In this document: positions 9,337 to 17,523 of the stretch, in pieces
Layout: the number at the start of each line of letters is the position of its first letter
How positions within the stretch are numbered: position 1 is the first letter of the stretch
Assembly (NCBI GenBank): GCA_038207335.1
Contig: JBBQZX010000006.1
Location: forward strand, 96,001-160,000
Reading direction: 5' to 3'
Origin: Chthoniobacterales bacterium
GTDB taxonomy: Bacteria > Verrucomicrobiota > Verrucomicrobiia > Chthoniobacterales > Chthoniobacteraceae
DNA: 64,000 nucleotides
The notes under the pieces: generated by a model
Databases searched by the model: none
The model's input: only the letters and a program-made list of their open reading frames with translations
Told to the model about the DNA's origin: nothing
Translations under genes and position numbers: made by a program

Positions 9337-10179
9337 ATGCCAGTTTCGACTCCCACCGCCGCCGCCGATCCGCGCGCTTTGGCCGCGCACCTGAAGCGCG
9401 GGGAGGATGGCGTGTGGTACGCGGGCGAGCGTGAGCCGATCTCATACGCGGAGGATGGGAATGCGCAGTGTTTCGAGCTGGAGGAGAAGTCGTTTTGGTT
9501 CGCGCACCGCTGCGCATGTCTTCGCGCTGTGGTGCGGAGCTTTCCGCCCGCTGGCGCGATTTTCGACATCGGCGGCGGCAATGGCTTTGTGGCGAAGACG
9601 CTGATCGACGCGGGCTTTGAGACGGTGCTCGTGGAGCCGGGCGAGACGGGCGCGCGCAACGCGGCGCGGCGCGGGGTGCCGACGGTGATTTGCGCGACGC
9701 TGGCGACGGCGAAATTCGCGGACAGCTCGCTCCCGGCGGTCGGGATGTTCGACGTGCTGGAGCATGTGGAGGACGACGAGGGATTTCTCCGCGAGGTGCA
9801 TCGCTGTCTCGCGCCGGGCGGGCGGCTTTATCTCACGGTTCCGGCATTCTCGTGGCTCTGGTCTCACGATGACGTGAGCGCCGGTCATTTCCGCCGCTAC
9901 ACGCTCGCGAGCCTTTCGGAGCGTGTGAAAGCCGCCGGAATCGCGCCGCTTTTCGCGAGCTACTTTTTCTCGATCCTCCCGCTGCCGCTGCTTGCGCTGC
10001 GATCGCTGCCGAGCCTCTTCGGACGCCGCGCGCTGCCGCCGCAGAGCTACGGAAAACTTCACAAGCCGCGCGCACGCGGGCTGACGGATCGCGTGTGGGA
10101 ATCGGAGCTGCGCCGGATCGAAAACGGGCGCGCGATTGCATTCGGGAGCAGTTGTCTGCTCGTCGCGGAGAAACGCTGA
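9337..10179 (+). CDS. Class I SAM-dependent methyltransferase
   Basis: FDIGGGNG, FDVLEHVEDD, LTVPAFSWLWS and HFRRY motifs, a type common in glycosylation loci. Confidence 0.85.
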   Translation: MPVSTPTAAADPRALAAHLKRGEDGVWYAGEREPISYAEDGNAQCFELEEKSFWFAHRCACLRAVVRSFPPAGAIFDIGGGNGFVAKTLIDAGFETVLVEPGETGARNAARRGVPTVICATLATAKFADSSLPAVGMFDVLEHVEDDEGFLREVHRCLAPGGRLYLTVPAFSWLWSHDDVSAGHFRRYTLASLSERVKAAGIAPLFASYFFSILPLPLLALRSLPSLFGRRALPPQSYGKLHKPRARGLTDRVWESELRRIENGRAIAFGSSCLLVAEKR

Positions 10180-10182
10180 ACG

Positions 10183-11118
10183 ATGTCCGACGCGCTCCCA
10201 TCGATCTCCGTCGTCGTGCCGGTTTACAACAGCGAGCAGACGCTCGCGCCGCTCGTTGCGCGGCTGCGCACCGCGCTCGGCGGCAAGGCGCGCTCTCTGG
10301 AAATCATCCTCGTGAACGACGGCAGCCGCGACCGCAGCGGTGAAGTGGCGCGCGGGCTCGCGATGGAAAATCCCGGTGTGCGCGCGATCAGCCTAATGCG
10401 GAATTACGGGCAGCATAACGCGCTGCTGGCCGGCATCCGCGCGGCGCGACACGAACTCATCGTGACGATCGATGACGACCTGCAAAATCCGCCCGAGGAA
10501 ATCCCGAAACTGCTGGCGCAGATCGCCGCGGGATTCGACGTGGTGTACGGTGTGCCGGAGCGGGAGCAGCACGGCTTCCTGCGCGACCTCGCGTCGCAGG
10601 TCACGAAGCTCACTTTGCAAAACGCGATGGGAGCGGAGACGGCGCGGCACATCAGCGCGTTTCGCGCGTTTCGCACGAATCTGCGCGACGGATTCAGTCA
10701 ATATCGCGGCTCGTTTGTGTCGATCGACGTTCTGCTGACATGGGCGACGACGCGCTTCACTGCAGTCGTCGTGCAGCACGAGCCTCGCACGATCGGCGCG
10801 TCGAATTACACGCTCGGAAAGCTCATCATCCACGCGGCAAACATGATGACCGGCTTCAGCACGATGCCGCTGCAAATCGCGAGCCTGATTGGTTTTGCGT
10901 TCACGCTTCTGGGCGTGCTGGTCTTTCTGTTTGTGCTCGCACGTTACCTGATCGAGGGCGGCAGCGTGCCGGGATTTCCGTTCCTCGCGTCGATCATCGC
11001 GGTCTTTTCCGGCGCGCAGTTGTTCGCGCTCGGCATCATCGGCGAATATCTCGCGCGCGTGCATTTTCGCACGATGGACAAGCCGGCCTACACGGTGCGG
11101 GAGGAAGTGGAGAGTTGA
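10183..11118 (+). CDS. GT2 polyprenyl-phosphate glycosyltransferase (ArnC/GtrB-like)
   Basis: SVVVPVYN, VNDGSRD, RNYGQHNA and IDDDLQNPPEEIP motifs; two C-terminal TM helices ending in GIIGEYLAR. Confidence 0.9.
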   Translation: MSDALPSISVVVPVYNSEQTLAPLVARLRTALGGKARSLEIILVNDGSRDRSGEVARGLAMENPGVRAISLMRNYGQHNALLAGIRAARHELIVTIDDDLQNPPEEIPKLLAQIAAGFDVVYGVPEREQHGFLRDLASQVTKLTLQNAMGAETARHISAFRAFRTNLRDGFSQYRGSFVSIDVLLTWATTRFTAVVVQHEPRTIGASNYTLGKLIIHAANMMTGFSTMPLQIASLIGFAFTLLGVLVFLFVLARYLIEGGSVPGFPFLASIIAVFSGAQLFALGIIGEYLARVHFRTMDKPAYTVREEVES

Positions 11119-11123
11119 GCGCG

Positions 11124-11855
11124 ATGCGTGAGCGGTGTCGGTTTCTGGAGTGGGACAGCGCGTTTTTCAAAAAGCGCATCGCGCGGCTCGATGGGAGTCG
11201 GTTGTCCACGGATCAAGTGCCAGAGCTGTTCGGATGGTGTGTAGAGGAGCGGATCGACTGCATATACTTCCTCGCCGACAGCAGCGATCCCGAAACGATC
11301 GAGACGGTGGAAGCCGCCGGTTTCGGGCTGAAAGATTTGCGGATGACTTACGAATGGAGGTCGTCGCTCGGCGCGCTCGGCATCCGGCCGAGCATCGGCG
11401 AGCGCGTGTCTGTGCGCGCATTTCGGGAGGACGATCTCGACGCGCTCGTGCCGATCGCGCGTGCCGCCCACACCGACAGCCGCTTTTTTTTTGACAGCCG
11501 CTTCGACCGCGCCGCCGCCGCGCTTTTGTACGAGACCTGGCTCCGGAAAGCCTGCGCCGGTGCAGCTCGCGTGCTCGTCGGCGAAACCGGCGGCGTCCCC
11601 GCGGGCTACATCTCCTGCGAACTTTCAGCCGCAGGCGAAGGCCAAATCGGCCTCGTCGCCGTCGCGGAAAAATTCCATGGCCAAGGTATCGGTCGCGCGA
11701 TGATCGAGGAGGCGCTCCGCTGGTTTGCAGCGCAAAACGCGACGACGATCCGAGTCGTGACGCAAGGCCGCAACGTCGCCGCGCACCGCTTCTACCAAAG
11801 CGCCGGTTTCCTCACCCGCGCCCTGGAAAGCTGGCACCACAAATGGTTTTCGTGA
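11124..11855 (+). CDS. GNAT acetyltransferase, WecD/RffC (dTDP-fucosamine acetyltransferase)-like
   Basis: LEWDSAFF, SRFFFD, HGQGIGR and VVTQGRNVAAHRFYQSAGF motifs. Confidence 0.82.
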   Translation: MRERCRFLEWDSAFFKKRIARLDGSRLSTDQVPELFGWCVEERIDCIYFLADSSDPETIETVEAAGFGLKDLRMTYEWRSSLGALGIRPSIGERVSVRAFREDDLDALVPIARAAHTDSRFFFDSRFDRAAAALLYETWLRKACAGAARVLVGETGGVPAGYISCELSAAGEGQIGLVAVAEKFHGQGIGRAMIEEALRWFAAQNATTIRVVTQGRNVAAHRFYQSAGFLTRALESWHHKWFS

Positions 11856-11861
11856 GGCGCG

Positions 11862-14381
11862 TTACGCCTTCCGCACGCGGCAGGCGAAGCACTTGTAGGC
11901 TTGCTGACCGCTGAGGTTGTCGAAGTAGCGGTCGTCCACGAGGAGGTTTGCGGGCTCATAGCGCGGGTCGCCGAATTCGTCGCCCATCGCCTGCGCGGGG
12001 CCGAAGCTGTTCGGGACAAAAATCGTATCCTCACGGATGCCGTCCCACACGAGCGCGGTGCCGGTCACGGAGCCGCGCGGACTTTCCACCACGAGTTTGT
12101 CGCCGTCAGCGACTCCCGCCGACGCGGCTGCTTTCGGATGAAGCTGGATGAGTCGCACACCGTTCATTTGCTTGCCGAGATACGTCCATTGCGTGACGCC
12201 TGCGAAGTGCACGACGCTCGCGCGGCCGATCATTCCCATGAGCGGAAACTCTGCGTGGACCTTGCCGTCGCTGAGCCCGCCGAGCGTCACATTCGGCGTG
12301 ACCGCGCCGGGATTGATCGGGTTCTGGACGAGTTCCTGTGCGTATTCGATCGACGGATTTTTTCCCGTGACCTCGGGATGCGTGTAGAAAAGCGGAAGCG
12401 CAGCGTGCCCTGCGGTGCCGAGCTTTTTGTCGAGGTCGGCGGTGTGGATTTCGACTTTGCCGCTCGGAGTGAGAAAGCGTTTGCCCCTGTTCTTCGGGTC
12501 GAGCGATTCGGCGGCGGCGTACCACGACTTGTGGTCGAGGTAGAGCGTGCTGACGCTCGGCTTGTCTTCCGCGGGGCAGGGCCAGCGGAGCGGTTCGGTG
12601 CGCGCCTCCATCCGCGCCTGCGTCATGCCGCCGACGCCGGGCGTCCGCGCGACGAATTCGACCCACAGCTTTCCGTAGTCCTTCCATTCAGCCAGCAGGT
12701 TGCCGGTCCAGTATTCGGGCGCATTTTTCTTGTCGTGGCGCGCCATCGCGGCAGCGAGGTCAATCCAGATTTCGATGTCGGTCCGCGACTCGCCGACGCG
12801 CGGGACGGCGGCGTGCTGCCAGCGGATGGAGCGGTCGTCGCGCCGCATGTAAACGCCGTCCATTTCAAAGCCGCTGGCGACTGGCAGGATAACGTCGGCG
12901 AAATACGCGGGCTCCTCCATGAAGAGGCCGGTGAAGACGTAGAACTCAAGCTGCTTGAAGGCTTCGCGGACCTTTGCAGTGTTGGCGCTGCCGATGATCG
13001 GGTTGCCCTCGGTGACGATCGCCTTGAGCTGATACGGGCGTTTATTGAGGATCGACTCCGCAAACCAGTCCGGCCCAACCGGCAGCGACGTCCCTTTTTC
13101 CGGCATCTTCGTTTCCGCGGCGACCGGCGGGAGATTTAGCCCGCCCGGCCAGGTGTTGTGCATGAAGTTACAGCCGCCGCCATTCACGCCGATATTGCCG
13201 GTGATCGCGGCGAGAAAAGTGAGCGCACGGTAAGTGTCGAAGGCGCTGAGTTGATGGGAGATTCCCGCGTTGCAAAAGATCGCGGCGGGTTTCGCCTTCG
13301 CATAATCCTCGGCAATCTTTTTGATCTTCGCAGCAGGCACGCCGGTCACTCCTTCGGCCCACTCGGGCGTGTATTGTTTCTCGCCGAGATGCGTCTTCAA
13401 TTCGTCGAATCCGAGCACCCACTTCGCCACGAAAGCCTTGTCGTGAAGCCCCTTTGCAATGATGTGCGACAGCATCGCGAGCACGAGCGCGAGGTCGGTG
13501 TGCGGCTTCGGCGCGAGCCATTCATCCGCCTGTGCGCCGGTCGGTGTGAGGCGCGGGTCGACGACGACGAGCCTGGCTTTCATCTTCGCCCGCTCGCGGA
13601 GCAGATAGGCGAAAGTTACGGGGTGCGTCTCGGCTTGGTTGGTGCCGAAGAAGAGCAGGTATTTCGAGCTGCCGAGGTCTTCTTTCCCCGTGTTTTCGTC
13701 GAGCCCGTAGCCGTTCGTGAAGTTTCCCATTCCGAACGTCGCCGCCAGCGCGTTGCCTCCCGCGTCGTTGCAGACCGGGCCGACGTCCGTGTCGTTCGGC
13801 GAGCCGAGCAGCGTGAAAAATCGGCCGATGATCGAGCCCGTACCGCGCTGCAAACGACCGCTCGTTTTATTGGCAATCGCGTGCCCCTCGCCGGCGTCCC
13901 GCAGTGCGATGAATTTCTGCGCGATCAGGTCCAGCGCTTCATCCCACGAGCACGCCTCGAACTTCGACTCGGCCGCCCCTTTCTCGCCGCCGACGCGCTT
14001 CAGCGGCTTCGTGAGGCGGAAGCGATTATACACGAGCTGCGTCATCATCGGCGCCTTCACGCAGATGCCGCCGTCCTGCACCGGGTCGCCGGTTTCGCCG
14101 GTCACGTCGATGATTCGCCCGTCTTTGAGATGCACTTTGAGGCGGCAGCACGAGTTGCAAAACTGGCATACGGAATCGACGATTTTGTCCGCCTGCAGCG
14201 CGCCGCTCTGTTTTGTAAAATCAAACGTGGACGCGGGCGTGGAAGCCGCTGGGGAATGTCCAACAGTCGCGGCTTCCGCCTCGCGGCTGACGAATGGCGC
14301 GGTGCTCGCGGCGAGGGCGCCGAGCGCACCTCCGCGGAGAAAGCTGCGGCGTGAGACGGCGTTTGAATCGGTGGTTCTCAT
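11862..14381 (-). CDS. Tat-exported bis-MGD molybdopterin oxidoreductase catalytic subunit (DMSO reductase family, Psr/Arr-like, Cys ligand)
   Basis: Tat motif SRRSFLRG; [4Fe-4S] motif CQFCNSCC...ICVK; RLTKPLKR, SWDEAL, GSPNDTDVGPVC, VVVDPRLT and PHTDLAL; C-terminal HPKAA...VESPRG domain. SD-like AAAGGA before ATG 14381. Confidence 0.9.
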   Translation of the reverse strand: MRTTDSNAVSRRSFLRGGALGALAASTAPFVSREAEAATVGHSPAASTPASTFDFTKQSGALQADKIVDSVCQFCNSCCRLKVHLKDGRIIDVTGETGDPVQDGGICVKAPMMTQLVYNRFRLTKPLKRVGGEKGAAESKFEACSWDEALDLIAQKFIALRDAGEGHAIANKTSGRLQRGTGSIIGRFFTLLGSPNDTDVGPVCNDAGGNALAATFGMGNFTNGYGLDENTGKEDLGSSKYLLFFGTNQAETHPVTFAYLLRERAKMKARLVVVDPRLTPTGAQADEWLAPKPHTDLALVLAMLSHIIAKGLHDKAFVAKWVLGFDELKTHLGEKQYTPEWAEGVTGVPAAKIKKIAEDYAKAKPAAIFCNAGISHQLSAFDTYRALTFLAAITGNIGVNGGGCNFMHNTWPGGLNLPPVAAETKMPEKGTSLPVGPDWFAESILNKRPYQLKAIVTEGNPIIGSANTAKVREAFKQLEFYVFTGLFMEEPAYFADVILPVASGFEMDGVYMRRDDRSIRWQHAAVPRVGESRTDIEIWIDLAAAMARHDKKNAPEYWTGNLLAEWKDYGKLWVEFVARTPGVGGMTQARMEARTEPLRWPCPAEDKPSVSTLYLDHKSWYAAAESLDPKNRGKRFLTPSGKVEIHTADLDKKLGTAGHAALPLFYTHPEVTGKNPSIEYAQELVQNPINPGAVTPNVTLGGLSDGKVHAEFPLMGMIGRASVVHFAGVTQWTYLGKQMNGVRLIQLHPKAAASAGVADGDKLVVESPRGSVTGTALVWDGIREDTIFVPNSFGPAQAMGDEFGDPRYEPANLLVDDRYFDNLSGQQAYKCFACRVRKA

Positions 14382-14408
14382 GGAGTGTCCTTTCGTGCGG
14401 TGCACGTT

Positions 14409-14428
14409 CATGCGCGCATCGGCATATT
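14409..14428 (-). promoter_or_regulatory. Putative ArsR-family operator, site 1 (upstream of the molybdoenzyme and arsR)
   Basis: Minus strand reads AATATGC-CGATG-CGCGCATG, an imperfect ATGC-N8-GCAT palindrome; matches site 2 at 15 of 20 positions. Confidence 0.6.
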
Positions 14429-14482
14429 TACCCTCCGCGTTTTTCGGTCGAGCAAATCCAGCCGCCGACGCATGATTTTCAC

Positions 14483-14788
14483 ATGCCAACGATCGATTGC
14501 ATGGAAATCTTGAAAGCCCTCGCCGACCGGACGCGGCTGCGGCTGATCAAGCTCTTGATCGCAAACGACTCCGGCGTGAGCGAACTCACGGAGGCGCTCG
14601 GGATTTCGCAGTACAACACGTCGAAGCACTTGCGCGTGCTGCGCGAGGCTGGAGTCGTGGATGTGCGGGCGCTCGGCACGCGACGCGAGTATTTCATCGA
14701 GCCGGATTTCCGTCGGCGGCTGCAGCGTGAAGGACCGGTGCTGGATTTTGGATGCTGCACGTTTCGGTTCGATCAGTTGCCGAACTGA
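14483..14788 (+). CDS. ArsR/SmtB-family transcriptional repressor with C-terminal CysCys
   Basis: LKALADRTRLRLI...VSELTEALGISQYNTSKHLRVLREAGVV winged HTH; C-terminal LDFGCCTFRF. Alternative start at 14501. Confidence 0.9.
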   Translation: MPTIDCMEILKALADRTRLRLIKLLIANDSGVSELTEALGISQYNTSKHLRVLREAGVVDVRALGTRREYFIEPDFRRRLQREGPVLDFGCCTFRFDQLPN

Positions 14789-14828
14789 GAAGAGCATCGC
14801 GGATAACGCCGAATTTCGTCTCTTTCCA

Positions 14829-14855
14829 CTCCGCGTCCTCCGCGAATTCCGCGGT
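14829..14855. repeat. Degenerate 9-bp tandem repeat (REP-like)
   Basis: CTCCGCGTC CTCCGCGAA TTCCGCGGT, partly complementary to the upstream CGCGGATAACGCCGAA. Confidence 0.45.
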
Positions 14856-14907
14856 TCTATTCTCTACTGCCATTGCGGGCGAATTCCGTTGCGGACGGGG
14901 CTGCTGC

Positions 14908-14927
14908 AATATGCAATCCCGCGCATG
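14908..14927 (+). promoter_or_regulatory. Putative ArsR-family operator, site 2 (overlaps the start of the binding-protein gene)
   Basis: AATATGC-AATCC-CGCGCATG; the final ATG is the predicted start codon. Confidence 0.6.
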
Positions 14928-15800
14928 TTTCCTTCACTCACTCGTTTCAAGAATGTCACCGCATTGTCACTCGTCTCGGTCGCGCTTCCGGTTGGGGCTT
15001 TTGCTGAGACACTGAAGATCAACGGCTCGACGACCGTCAATTTGCCAGCGGCGGAGGCTGCGGAAAATCTGCGCGCCGAGAAGAAAATGGATATTCAGGT
15101 GGATACGCAGGGCGGGAGTTCGGGCGGCATTTCGATGCTCGGCGAGGGGCTCGTGCAAATCGGAATGGCGTCGAAGCCCGTGAGCGATGACGACCGCGCG
15201 AAGTTTCCGAAAGTGACGTTCAAGGAGATTCACGTCGGCGAGGATGCGGTCGCGATCATCGTTTCGAAGGACGTATGGGATGGCGGCGTTCACGAGATGA
15301 GCAAGGCACAGGTGAAGGACATCTACGAGGGGAAGATCACCAACTGGAAAGAGGTTGGCGGCAAGTCGCAGAAGATTGTGTTTTTCAACAAAGAGCCGGG
15401 GCGTGGGACGTGGGAGGTCTTTGCGCACTGGGCGTATGGCGACCCGAAGAAAGCGCCGGAGGTGAGCTTCCCGGAGGTCGGCGGGAATGAAGAGACGCGG
15501 AACAAAGTGGCCTCCACGCGCGGGGCGATGTCGCAGCTTTCCTCCTCGTGGGCGGATGGGAAAAAGGTCTTCGCGCTCGGGATTGAGGGGAAAGATGGGA
15601 AGGTGATCCAGCCGACGAATGAGAACATCGCGACGCATGCGTATCCGATGAGCCGTCCGCTGTTTTTGCTGACGAATGGCGAGCCGACGGGCGAGGCGAA
15701 AACGTTCGTTGAGTATATGCTCTCGCCTGCGGGACAGGCGCTCGTACGGAAGCACGGATACCTCTCGTTGGATCAAGTCGCCTCGCCGGCTGCGAAGTAG
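14925..15800 (+). CDS. pstS: PstS-like (PBP2) oxyanion ABC substrate-binding protein with atypical ligand motif
   Basis: Signal peptide; NGSTTV, GGSSGG, IGMAS, DAVAIIV, IYEGKITNWKEVGG and YPMSRPLF motifs. Has KEPGRGT in place of the canonical RxxxSGT. Confidence 0.8.
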   Translation: MFPSLTRFKNVTALSLVSVALPVGAFAETLKINGSTTVNLPAAEAAENLRAEKKMDIQVDTQGGSSGGISMLGEGLVQIGMASKPVSDDDRAKFPKVTFKEIHVGEDAVAIIVSKDVWDGGVHEMSKAQVKDIYEGKITNWKEVGGKSQKIVFFNKEPGRGTWEVFAHWAYGDPKKAPEVSFPEVGGNEETRNKVASTRGAMSQLSSSWADGKKVFALGIEGKDGKVIQPTNENIATHAYPMSRPLFLLTNGEPTGEAKTFVEYMLSPAGQALVRKHGYLSLDQVASPAAK

Positions 15801-15812
15801 TCGCTTGCGGCG

Positions 15813-16682
15813 ATGACGAAGTTTTTCAGCGTCGCATTCAGCCTCTTAGCGCTCGCGTTTTTCGCTGTGTTGCTAGGCACGTTTGCTTGGCAGAGCTTGC
15901 CTGTGTGGAGGCATGAAGGGCTGGCGTATATCACCGGCACGAAGTGGTATTTCCGGACGCATCAATTCGGCGCGCTGCCGATGATTTATGGGACGATCGT
16001 CGTCGCGGCGGTGGCGCTTGTGCTCGCGGCGCCTGTTGGTTTTGCGTCTGCGATTTTCACCGCGGAGTATCTGCCGCGGCGCGCGCGAATCGCGGTGAAA
16101 GTGCTCATCGAGCTGCTTGCGGGGATTCCCTCGGTAATCTACGGACTGCTCGGAATTCTGCTTCTGAGGAACTGGATTTACGACCTGTTCACGCGCTTCG
16201 ACATCGCAAGCGGCGACACGCTGCTGACGGCCGGAGTGCTGCTCGCGGTGATGATTTTGCCGACGGTCGTCACGCTCAGCGACGACGCGCTACGCGGTGT
16301 CGGGAGCGCGCAGCGGCAGGCGGCACGGGCGCTCGGACTCACGCGCGCGGAGACGATTTTCTCGGTCTCGCTGCGGCAGAGCGGGCGCGGGTTGATGTCC
16401 GCGCTTTTGCTCGGGCTCGGGCGCGCGCTGGGCGAGACGATCGCGGTTTTCCTCGTCGTCGGGCGGCAGGACAACAACGTGCCAGAGCACTGGTTTTCAT
16501 TAGCGCCGCTGCTCGAATCCGGGCAGACGCTGGCCAGCAAACTTGGCGGCTCCGAGACGAACATCGCGTATGGCGATTCTCTGCATTGGGGGGCGGTCGT
16601 CGGACTCGGATTGCTCCTGCTGCTCATCGTCGCGGCAACGACGATCGCGGGGACTTGGAAACGCAAACCTGACGATGCGTAA
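15813..16682 (+). CDS. pstC: PstC-like ABC permease
   Basis: FGALPMIYGT, IELLAGIPSVIYGL, MILPTV and RALGETIAV motifs. Confidence 0.85.
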   Translation: MTKFFSVAFSLLALAFFAVLLGTFAWQSLPVWRHEGLAYITGTKWYFRTHQFGALPMIYGTIVVAAVALVLAAPVGFASAIFTAEYLPRRARIAVKVLIELLAGIPSVIYGLLGILLLRNWIYDLFTRFDIASGDTLLTAGVLLAVMILPTVVTLSDDALRGVGSAQRQAARALGLTRAETIFSVSLRQSGRGLMSALLLGLGRALGETIAVFLVVGRQDNNVPEHWFSLAPLLESGQTLASKLGGSETNIAYGDSLHWGAVVGLGLLLLLIVAATTIAGTWKRKPDDA

Positions 16683-17523
16683 GGCCGCGGATCGGCTTCT
16701 GGCTTTGATTTGCGGGGCATCGGCGCTTTTTGTCTGCGCACTGCTGCTCGGGCTGATTTTTGTGATCTGGCAGCGCGGCGCACCGGCGATGAGCTGGCGT
16801 TTTCTCACCGAGCAAATCCGTCAGGTCGGCGCGGACGGCGGCATTTTCTACAACCTAGTCGGCACGGTGATCCTCATCGTCACGGCGCTCTTTGTCTGTG
16901 CGCCGATCGCCGTCGGCTTCGCGCTGCTCGAGCGCGTTTTCCTCCGATCGGCAGGCGCGCGGCGAGGGCTCACGCTGTTCCTTTATTTGCTGAATGGGCT
17001 GCCTTCGATCGTGTTCGGCATCTTCGGCTTCCTCGTTTTTGTGAAGTGGCTCGGCTGGGGAAAATCGTGGCTCGCGGGCGGAATTTTACTCGCGGCGATG
17101 ATCCTGCCGACCGTCACGGTTGCGCTCGTCGAGAGGATCAAGGCATTGCCTTCCAAATACACCGAAGCGGCAGCCGCGCTTGGGCTCACGCAGTCGCAAA
17201 TCATCTGGTCGGTGATCCTGCCGCAGTCGTGGGCCGGACTGCTCACGGGCTCGCTGCTCGGGCTCGCGCGGGCGGCGGGCGAGACGGCGCCGATCATGTT
17301 CACCGCCACGATTTTTGCGGGCGCGTCGCTGCCAACAGGGATTAAGGACAGCCCGGTGCTTTCGCTGCCATATCACATTTTTATTCTCGCGCAGGACTCG
17401 TTTGATCCTGCGGTTGGCGCAAAGCTGTGGGGCTCCGCGCTCGTGCTGCTCGCGCTCGTCGTCGGGCTCAGCCTCATCGCGCTGCCGAGCCGCCTGAAAT
17501 TGCATGAAGAAGCCAATGTCTGA
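16675..17523 (+). CDS. pstA: PstA-like ABC permease
   Basis: GGIFYNLVGT, LNGLPSIVFGIFG, EAAAALG and ARAAGETAPI motifs; 8-bp overlap with pstC. Confidence 0.85.
   Translation: MRKAADRLLALICGASALFVCALLLGLIFVIWQRGAPAMSWRFLTEQIRQVGADGGIFYNLVGTVILIVTALFVCAPIAVGFALLERVFLRSAGARRGLTLFLYLLNGLPSIVFGIFGFLVFVKWLGWGKSWLAGGILLAAMILPTVTVALVERIKALPSKYTEAAAALGLTQSQIIWSVILPQSWAGLLTGSLLGLARAAGETAPIMFTATIFAGASLPTGIKDSPVLSLPYHIFILAQDSFDPAVGAKLWGSALVLLALVVGLSLIALPSRLKLHEEANV

Noticed and set aside
11862..14381. Calling the molybdoenzyme ArrA, ArxA, AioA, NapA or FdhF
   Set aside because: The diagnostic pocket motifs and partner genes (arrB, aioB, napB etc.) are absent.
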